Below, piece by piece: positions 56,247 through 64,000 of a DNA stretch of 64,000 nucleotides. The stretch lies in the NCBI GenBank assembly GCA_024346625.1, contig AP024665.1, forward strand, positions 1,984,001-2,048,000, written 5' to 3'. Positions within the stretch are counted from its first letter, which is position 1, and each line of letters opens with the position of its first letter. The position numbers were made by a program, and so were the translations under genes. The stretch is from Williopsis jadinii (taxonomy: Eukaryota). Below the pieces are notes generated by a model that had not been told where the DNA came from, searched no databases, and was given only the letters and a program-made list of their open reading frames with translations.

Positions 56247-57774
56247 ATGCCACCTTCACGTAGAGCACACCAGCATCTCAACAGCCCGTACTCAAGGGCT
56301 CCAGGCACTCCCAATGGCCAAGGCTATGAACCAAGCGTAAGTTCACCATGTCTCGATGTTGTGTTGATGAGTAAGTCGTATACTAACAGGGCGTGTGTGT
56401 GCACACGTGTTATAGACGCCAGGGAGTATATTCAGCAAGATGAGACAGATGTTCTCGCCACGTGCGTGGCTTGGTGAGGCTTCATCCGCGGAAGTGACGT
56501 TACAGTCCGCTGGTGGAGACGATGACGATGGTGATGGTGATGAGGGTTCCACCAATACTCCTCTGAGATCCATGGCCTCGGCACGCTCAGCGGCCAATGC
56601 CGGTGCCAATGGCAATGTCAATGCCCGACTGGCGAGCTTCTTTGCGCAGAAGGGCTCACAGCCCTTGAATGAGATTGAAATGGAAGGAGTGCGTGCCCTA
56701 TTGGCGCAGTCTGCTTCGAATTCGAATCTGGGTACGCCAGGGAAAGCAACGGCGTTGAACGACGATGGATTAGCTCGTAACGGTGATGATGCCGATAGCG
56801 ATGGCGAAGGACACTCACAAGTATTGAAACATTCCGTGGCGTCCGCGTCTGGGCTGGAGACTCCGTCTTTCAAGCCAACGTATAACACTGGGGTGGGTGC
56901 GAATGACTCTTCATTTGTATCGTCTGCTACTCCGAAGAGAAGAGTGTTTGACTACTCTGGCTTCCCTTCTCCTTACAGAACAACAAGGCTGAAGAGCTCT
57001 ACAGCTCTGCTGAAAGAAAAGGCCATCAAGAGTAACCAAATTGCATCAAAGGCTGAGCCTGTTTCGAAGCCGGAGAAGAAGCTGAGCAATACAGCATCGG
57101 CTCTGCTTTCGTTCATAGAGGGCAATGAGCCAGCCCAAACAGAGGAGAAGGGTGAAAAGGTGGAGAAAGAGGTTGATTTCAGCAATCCCTACGTACGCAC
57201 GACGACAAAGAAGCACATTATTAAGAAGAAGCTGTCACCATTGGAGCAATTGGAGGAGTCGTTTGCACAGGCTGATGGGAAGGGCAAAGCTGAAGAAGCG
57301 TTGAAGGAGCCAGCAGAGCCAGCAGAGCCAGCAGAGCCAGCAGAGAAGCCAGCAGAGGCAACAGAAAAGCCAGCACCGAAGCCAGCACCGCAGCCACAGC
57401 AGACCTTCCCGTCAGTGGCCCCTGTGGACAAGTACAAGCCGGCCAAGTCCTCTTCTCTTCGAGAGTCCATCACCGTCGACGACTCCGACAAGTCCATCGC
57501 CGACTCCCCAGAACAACCACAGCCAAAGCCCGACAATACCCTTCCTCACAAGGAACACAAGCCACTATTCGCCTTTGCACAGACACCGCAACAGCCTACA
57601 GCCACAGCAGACAAACTACACCCACCAACTACACAGATAATGCCACCATCAAAGCTCAACGGTCACGTGAGCCATGTGCTATTCGAGTTCCCCAACGCTC
57701 AGGACCTGGACTACACGATAAAAGACGTGGACGATAACAGCGTCGAAGCCTTTAAAGACCTCTTCACATTTTAA
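56247..57774 (+). CDS. NUP60: Nuclear basket nucleoporin Nup60; exons 56247-56336 and 56416-57774
   Basis: Intron GTAAGT...TACTAAC...TAG joins in frame. Amphipathic SIFSKMRQMF, conserved helical region NARLASFFAQKGSQPLNEIEMEGVRALL, and C-terminus VEAFKDLFTF. Confidence 0.85.
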
Positions 57775-58031
57775 CAGCAGAACATACCTGAGAACGTGGA
57801 GATATCTTCATCTTATTTGTAGGCTGATGTTGTAGATGTTCTCTCCGGCTGGAGGCTCTGTAGGCGGTTTTAGGCGGTTTTAGGCACCGGCTGATTCCGG
57901 TGAAAAATTGGTGAGCCGACACTGCGACCAGCGCTAAACGATGATCGACGGTGATCAACAAACGACGGTGATCAACAAACTACAGCAACCACCAACTACA
58001 GCAACATCACCAAGTGCCAATTGACCATACA

Positions 58032-59081
58032 ATGTCGTTAGATTCTGTTCTACTCATCGGAGGAGCCGGCTTTCTCGGGCTGCACCTGATTCAACAGTTC
58101 CACGACGTCTCACCAGGGCCAAAGATCCATGTCTTTGATCTACGTCCTTTACCTGAAGTTCTACCAAAGTGCTTCACTTTCACGGCAGATGACGTTGTGT
58201 TCCATCAGGGTGATATCACCTCGCCAGCTGACGTTCTCAGGGCGATCGAGGCTTCCAAGTGTGACGTTATTGTCCACAGCGCGTCGCCAGTCCATGGCCA
58301 GAGACAGGAGATCTACGAGAAGGTCAACGTTGAGGGAACGAGAAACGTTCTTCAAGTGGCTCAGAAAGCTGGTGTGAAGGCTCTGGTGTACACGTCGTCA
58401 GCCGGTGTCATCTTCAATGGTCAAAACATTGAGAATGCTGACGAGAATTGGCCGATTCCAGAGGTTCCAATGGATGGATATAACAAGACAAAAGCGGAAG
58501 CTGAAGAGATGGTATTGAAGGCCAACTCCTTCAAGGACGGGTTCCTGACGGTAGCATTGCGTCCTGCTGGTATCTTTGGTCCAGGCGACCGTCAATTGGT
58601 TCCAGGCTTGAGACAGGTGGCTGCTATGGGCCAGTCCAAGTTCCAAATAGGTGATAACAACAACTTATTCGACTGGACCTACGCTGGCAACGTTGCTGAT
58701 GCCCACGTCCTCGCTGCGCAGCAGATCCTGGATCCAGCAAAACAGCACAAGATTGGAGGCGAGGTGTTCTTCGTCACCAACGATGCTCCAACGTACTTCT
58801 GGACGTTGGCTCGTGCTGTTTGGAAGCAAGATGGCCACATCGAGAAGTTCAACATTGTTCTCCAGAGACCAGCTGCCATAGCTGCAAGCTATCTCTCGGT
58901 GTTCTTCTCAAAGCTGTTGAAGAAGGAGCCTGGTTTGACTCCATTCAGAGTGAAAGTTGTGTGTGCTGTTCGTTATCACAACATCACCAAGGCGAAGACT
59001 GTCTTGGGCTACTACCCAAGAGTCAGCATCGAAGAAGGCATTACAAAGACTCTAGAATGGATGGATGAGGGTAAGAAATGA
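58032..59081 (+). CDS. ERG26: C-3 sterol dehydrogenase (decarboxylating)
   Basis: GGAGFLG, YTSSAGV, YNKTKAEAE (YxxxK) and LRPAGIFGPGDRQ. Confidence 0.96.
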   Translation: MSLDSVLLIGGAGFLGLHLIQQFHDVSPGPKIHVFDLRPLPEVLPKCFTFTADDVVFHQGDITSPADVLRAIEASKCDVIVHSASPVHGQRQEIYEKVNVEGTRNVLQVAQKAGVKALVYTSSAGVIFNGQNIENADENWPIPEVPMDGYNKTKAEAEEMVLKANSFKDGFLTVALRPAGIFGPGDRQLVPGLRQVAAMGQSKFQIGDNNNLFDWTYAGNVADAHVLAAQQILDPAKQHKIGGEVFFVTNDAPTYFWTLARAVWKQDGHIEKFNIVLQRPAAIAASYLSVFFSKLLKKEPGLTPFRVKVVCAVRYHNITKAKTVLGYYPRVSIEEGITKTLEWMDEGKK

Positions 59082-59194
59082 TCACTTTACACGACTCGCT
59101 ACGAAGCAGATGTATAGTACTTCAGAGTATGACTTATATATGGATGCAAAAGGTTAAAGGGAATGGAGCCAAGTCTCGTCGATTGTAGATATAG

Positions 59195-59881
59195 CTAGAA
59201 GGACATGTAGCAAATGGAGACTCCTAGACAGAAGAATGCGAGGAGTATGGTGTTCTCAGAGTAAAGCACGGTGATCTTTGAAGCCGCATTCTCATCCTCT
59301 CCAGCACTCTGGGTGGAGTTTGAATACACGGTGATGTTCTCCACAGTCTCATTCAACTGTACAACCAGATCTATTGGCTCATCAACAATGTCTTCAATCA
59401 CCAGGGCCGTCTCGTTGGACGTGTTCACCAACACTGACTGCAAGATGAAGTCAGGCTCCTTCTCCTCAACTGGGATACGGGCATTTGGTCTCAAGAACTT
59501 TGCCACCTGGGCATCGTGCTTCTTAAAAGGAAGATTGCATGCATTGACATCGTTCATCGTTTCACAGTCGTCGTACAACACAGCTAGGAAGTTCCCACTA
59601 GGAGTATTTGGACATAGGCCATGACAATCACGCTTCATGCTCTGTAAGGCACAGCACTCGCACGCTAAATCATCAGGTTTGCACTCATCCAATCTGGAAA
59701 GCACCTCACTGGCACAGAAGGTCAACATCTCAAACTCCTCGCCGTCACAGATGTTCTTTGGGCTTGGATTGACATATGCTCCAAACTCGCTGGTGTCCGT
59801 GTTTGACACAGCCGACGCATCAGCAGCATAGCTCAACTGGAAATGTGTGATGGTTAGAAGCACAACACTGAGAATCAACAT
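59195..59881 (-). CDS. Uncharacterised secreted or GPI-anchored protein with a 10-Cys domain
   Basis: 228 aa with signal peptide, Cys-rich block, several N-glycosylation sequons and a hydrophobic C-terminus. Confidence 0.75.
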   Translation of the reverse strand: MLILSVVLLTITHFQLSYAADASAVSNTDTSEFGAYVNPSPKNICDGEEFEMLTFCASEVLSRLDECKPDDLACECCALQSMKRDCHGLCPNTPSGNFLAVLYDDCETMNDVNACNLPFKKHDAQVAKFLRPNARIPVEEKEPDFILQSVLVNTSNETALVIEDIVDEPIDLVVQLNETVENITVYSNSTQSAGEDENAASKITVLYSENTILLAFFCLGVSICYMSF

Positions 59882-60051
59882 CTTGAACAGCTGGTGTGGT
59901 GATCCAAGTACTCCTTGCCTGCTTGTAAGGATATATCTTCAATATCAAATCAACAAACACAAGAGCAAAACATCAACAAATGCTGATGGCATAATGACAC
60001 AAAACCCTGCGATAGCAACACAGGTGGCCTTGCCATTGGCTTTGTGGTGCT

Positions 60052-63000
60052 TCAGGTCCTTGTTGACTGTGAAGCTTCTCTCTTATCTGCGCATATAACA
60101 CAGTGGTAGCCACCACGGTTGCCCAGGTTCTCGAGGCATGATCTGTGGTAACAATGACGGCAGTTGAAGCTCACGAGGTCGTGGTCCTTATCAACAGCAT
60201 CACGATGTTGGTCGTCGGAGGCTCGCAGTGCCTTTTCCCATGCCAGGTAGTACTCTGAGTTGAGGTGTCTTCCCCAGATGATCTTCCCACAGGCATCGCA
60301 CTCAAAGTTGATGACAGACCATCCACAGAGGTTCTGCTCTGTGAGCAGAGCCATGTTCTGGTAGATGGTGTCGCTGATCAGCCTGGCCGTGATTGTGAAT
60401 ATGCTCTTTTCATAGGATAGTGCGAGGTAAATCTCCCTTGTAACAAACCTCACGTCTCCGAGAACTGTCACGCCAATCGAAGAGTTTGAATGGAGGAATT
60501 CAGTGAAGATCTTTAGGAACGAGCTATGCGTTCTCTTTACATCCTGAGCGTCCATTTGGATGGTACTGATCTGTGTTCTGGTGTTGATCAAGGTGGTGAA
60601 GAGGTCCTGTAGTAACCGTTTTATAATCTCAAGGGTCCTTGGTGATTGGCCTTCCCTGTCGAATGTTCTCAGCTTGTGGACGACAAAGTTCATCAGCGAA
60701 AGCCACATCTCCTCGTTCAGAGAGAGCTTGCTGCTGCCTGTGGTCTGTGTCTGTGAGCCTTCGTGATTAGCAAGCGTGATTCCACACTGTAGTTGTTCCC
60801 AAAGGTCGGCCTCTATGAGGTCCAAGTCTTCCTTGTTTGATTTCTGCACAGCATCAGGTAGCTTGTTTAATAATTCCTCCATATATGACACCACCTCGTC
60901 CAATGACTCCCGTAGCTTCCCTTCCCTGCTTAATAAATACACAATGGCTTCGATACAGCCATTCTCGTGGAGAGATGAGACACACGCATCCAAGTCGATA
61001 TCACCTTTGTTGATGGTTTTCAAATACGACAGTAGTGAGCTCTTCTCAAAGAGTCCCAGGCATTTGACGTACTCCGATCTCTCTTGGACGTTCAAGTTGA
61101 AGTCACCGTAGGATTCCAATTGTACCAATGATTGCAGATACAGGAACTTGAGCTGATTGTCACTTAATCTGAGACACAGGGGATGCAATCTCGGTGCATA
61201 CTTGTTCAAGATATTCACAATCTTGAACGTATCAAACTCAATGATATCTGGGAAGTTGGTTTCAACGACTTGCTCTAGCAATGTACGCTCTTTTGAATTG
61301 TGCTCTGTAGATCTGAAACATTTCTCCAGGACTCCATCAGTGGTATCGATCGAGTTGCTCTTATCCAATCTCAACCACACTTCGAGCACCTTTGAGTATC
61401 TATGATCGTTCAGGTACATGCTGATGAGAACGTCATTGAACTGTGATTTTTCAAACACATCAAGTAACTCATTCCTGTTTGGTGGTTGATAAACCGACAG
61501 TAAACTCTGTAAGCTCAGTTCACAGTCTTCTTTAACACCATCGTCGTCGATGTCGTTTGAGCACAGCGTCTGTAGCGTGTCTTGCAACGTCCATTCGGAT
61601 AATCTGATGAACTGGTGAAACTTTGGATAGTTTCTAGCAACAAATATGGCAAAGTTGACCCGATCGTCTTGCGAAAAGTCCTTCATGCTGAACAGCTCGA
61701 TCAACACCTGAAAGATGAACTGTCTGTTGACCTTTAGCTTGTTCTCCTGGTGCACAATTTCGTCATCATTCAGGAGAGAATCTTCAAGACACTCATTCAT
61801 GGATGATAGGAACGATTTGGAATCAAAAGACGCAAGCAAGTGAAGATATGGGAATGCAATGTCGTCAGTCACAGTGCTGGCCACGGTTACTTTCCCATTT
61901 GCATGCTCGACTGGCAACCCATTAAACAGAACGAAATACAATGACAACTTCGCCTCAGTGGACTCTGGTTCTGGTATCATATCTTCCGTTGGATACTGTC
62001 TCCCCGTGAGGATATACGCCAAATAGGCAAAGGCCTTATAGGAATCATCTGTGCCGAGTTTCACCTCGTCAAGCAAATCCAAAAATGGTGTAACATAATC
62101 GTGTAACAACACGTTCCATATGAACGTGTAGCTGTCCTTGAGATTGTTCTTCTTCAACAAGCTCAACGTGAAATCAATGTCAAGACTCTTGATATCCAGG
62201 AGACAGATATTCTGTTCAAGGGTTTCCACTTTTCTCACCGAGACGTAATACTTAACCATATCTTTCAGGATAGTGGGTGTGAGCACCTTACACGAGCCAT
62301 TGAGGATGAACGGTTCTAAAGCCTCGAAGAAGTAGTCAACATGATCACCACTGAAAACATCATAAAGCTCTTCAAACACCACAGACTCTGCCTTGATCGA
62401 TATGAGTGCGTTGATGGCCACATGGAGAAACTCAGTCACAAGCTCTGAGTCGTGGATGTTCACCAGATCTGACTTCAAGACGTGTGTTGCAGAAGCCTTG
62501 ACGAGGTCAATGAGGTACTTTAGAACTGCCTGTTGTCTCTCTTTAGCATCTTTTGGTAGCCCCAGAGTGACAAAGCTCTCGTCACCAATGTAGTACATCG
62601 TGGCAACTTTGATAGCCTTGATGTACTTGCCCTCGTTCACAAGGTCCAGCAGGACATCGACCCACGAGGGAACAGAGCCTATGAGGATATCGTACTTTCC
62701 AACAAAGAACAGCTTTCCCTTGTAAGCCTTGAAGCTTCCTCCAAATGTGTCGCATAGCTCAGCATGGGCAAAGCTGTGGGAGTACAGGTTTAAGCTGAAC
62801 AGATGCTTTGGCAGCAGATCAACAGTGGCAGTCACCTGCATTGTAGCTTCAATCATGAGTGTGAGTCTCTGTGTATTGGAAACCATTGCGATGACGGACT
62901 GATTCACCCATTGCACGCCAACGATCAGCTCATCAGAGACCCACCTCTTCTTGGAATCGAAGCTCAGGTGTTCGCCCACAGTGCAAACCTCCATGACGGT

Positions 63001-64000
63001 AAGCACGTTATTGAAGCAATATGCCAGCTTTGCCGGAAGCCTCGTGCCACCCTTGGTAACCACGGCAGGGTACCACGACAGGCATCCCGACTTGCCAAAG
63101 CCGTCATTGATCACCTTTGGTCGTCCTGTCTTGAACTGAGTCCTTATTGACCCTGTGGTGGAGACGATGAGCAGGGAATTGGTATTCATGATAGCCACCA
63201 AGCCCTGCTCATCCATCGGCTCCACAGAGCTCCCGAGAGGCAGAGACTTACAATCCAGTGCCGTTGTTGGCTTCATCAGCTCAACATCCTCATACCGGCC
63301 CAGTATTCTCCTGGTGGTCACTGCGAACCCCAGCACGCCTCTGTTGCGCTGGTGGTACATCACCATCCCGTAAATGTCGGTGGTTGTCAACACGCTATGT
63401 CTCTTCCCGACGAACGTGATGTTGTTGATTGGCGAGCCCTTGATGTGGCCATCAGTGATGGCACTGATGTCAGCGAGAGGCGCAATGTGGTACTTTGGTC
63501 TGGTGCTGTCCTTCAGGTCCCACACCAGCACATCGCCAGAGTCATAGCCGGCAGCGATGTGTGTCGAGTCCAGCGACAGCGACAGGCATGTGACCTTGCC
63601 CCACGTCGATGCACCGGTTCCTTCACCCAGTACCATCACAAGGATCTGGCGGTAGTCGAATATGAGCACGTAGCCCTTGGACATTCCCAGTGCAACGATA
63701 TCACCGGCAGCCAAACACGTCGGAGCACCATACACCTGCTGGGACTGTGACGTCCGTATCAGCGTGTTCAGCGTGTTCAGCTGGATCCACTTCAGGTCCT
63801 TGACCTGTGTATTCAGCAGCGTGGCGCCGCAGGCGTCCCACTTGCTGCTGCCCACACCCTCATCATCAACATCAACATCAACATCGGCATCGCCATACCG
63901 GTGGGCCTGTGCCAGCGCACTGAACCGGCTCTGGATCCGTTCGTCGAACCGGCGGGCTCTCGTGGTAGACGAGATCACAGACGACCTCGATGAGAACCGT
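60052..64000 (-). CDS. VPS8: CORVET subunit Vps8 (5' end beyond the right edge)
   Basis: Over 1300 aa with WD40 N-terminus (YGAPTCLA..., CLSWYP), FFEALEPFILNG, AYLAYILTGRQYP and a C-terminal RING (CDACG...CRHCYHRSCL...CVIC). The frame stays open to the window edge. Confidence 0.92.
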   Translation of the reverse strand, partial: RFSSRSSVISSTTRARRFDERIQSRFSALAQAHRYGDADVDVDVDDEGVGSSKWDACGATLLNTQVKDLKWIQLNTLNTLIRTSQSQQVYGAPTCLAAGDIVALGMSKGYVLIFDYRQILVMVLGEGTGASTWGKVTCLSLSLDSTHIAAGYDSGDVLVWDLKDSTRPKYHIAPLADISAITDGHIKGSPINNITFVGKRHSVLTTTDIYGMVMYHQRNRGVLGFAVTTRRILGRYEDVELMKPTTALDCKSLPLGSSVEPMDEQGLVAIMNTNSLLIVSTTGSIRTQFKTGRPKVINDGFGKSGCLSWYPAVVTKGGTRLPAKLAYCFNNVLTVMEVCTVGEHLSFDSKKRWVSDELIVGVQWVNQSVIAMVSNTQRLTLMIEATMQVTATVDLLPKHLFSLNLYSHSFAHAELCDTFGGSFKAYKGKLFFVGKYDILIGSVPSWVDVLLDLVNEGKYIKAIKVATMYYIGDESFVTLGLPKDAKERQQAVLKYLIDLVKASATHVLKSDLVNIHDSELVTEFLHVAINALISIKAESVVFEELYDVFSGDHVDYFFEALEPFILNGSCKVLTPTILKDMVKYYVSVRKVETLEQNICLLDIKSLDIDFTLSLLKKNNLKDSYTFIWNVLLHDYVTPFLDLLDEVKLGTDDSYKAFAYLAYILTGRQYPTEDMIPEPESTEAKLSLYFVLFNGLPVEHANGKVTVASTVTDDIAFPYLHLLASFDSKSFLSSMNECLEDSLLNDDEIVHQENKLKVNRQFIFQVLIELFSMKDFSQDDRVNFAIFVARNYPKFHQFIRLSEWTLQDTLQTLCSNDIDDDGVKEDCELSLQSLLSVYQPPNRNELLDVFEKSQFNDVLISMYLNDHRYSKVLEVWLRLDKSNSIDTTDGVLEKCFRSTEHNSKERTLLEQVVETNFPDIIEFDTFKIVNILNKYAPRLHPLCLRLSDNQLKFLYLQSLVQLESYGDFNLNVQERSEYVKCLGLFEKSSLLSYLKTINKGDIDLDACVSSLHENGCIEAIVYLLSREGKLRESLDEVVSYMEELLNKLPDAVQKSNKEDLDLIEADLWEQLQCGITLANHEGSQTQTTGSSKLSLNEEMWLSLMNFVVHKLRTFDREGQSPRTLEIIKRLLQDLFTTLINTRTQISTIQMDAQDVKRTHSSFLKIFTEFLHSNSSIGVTVLGDVRFVTREIYLALSYEKSIFTITARLISDTIYQNMALLTEQNLCGWSVINFECDACGKIIWGRHLNSEYYLAWEKALRASDDQHRDAVDKDHDLVSFNCRHCYHRSCLENLGNRGGYHCVICADKREASQSTRT

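Overview
Budding-yeast (Saccharomycotina) chromosomal DNA. CTG encodes Leu at a conserved FKS1 position, so this is not the CTG-Ser clade. Retained TSC2, short introns and gene order fit a Phaffomycetaceae-like yeast such as Cyberlindnera or Wickerhamomyces (inference). The window holds about 26 protein genes: TSC2, MGR3, OCT1, acyl-CoA oxidase, a Myb protein, an orphan ORF, a J-domain protein, HFD1, MED11, ASC1, SCW4-like, RSC1/2, FKS1, eIF2A, AMSH/RFU1, OTU1, BUD20, RPL10, SEC53, FMP32, FMP25, BOS1, EFM5, NUP60, ERG26, a Cys-rich secreted protein and VPS8. Six have introns reconstructed from splice signals. There are two tRNA genes and the intronic U24 snoRNA. The main find is a decayed Fanzor2 (IS607-TnpB-like) RNA-guided nuclease gene on the minus strand at about 14.0-15.2 kb. 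It is split over several frames but keeps all three RuvC acidic motifs, and is followed by a hairpin-bearing candidate omegaRNA/right end. It borders a roughly 5-kb gene-free, AT-richer tract that may be a regional centromere. Other notable points: the EFM5-NUP60 gap is syntenic with S. cerevisiae CEN1/CEN7 but holds tandem repeats instead of a point centromere; FKS1 has a variant echinocandin hot spot 1 (FLILSMRDP) and a probable 5'UTR intron. All homology calls come from motif recognition by eye, not database searches.
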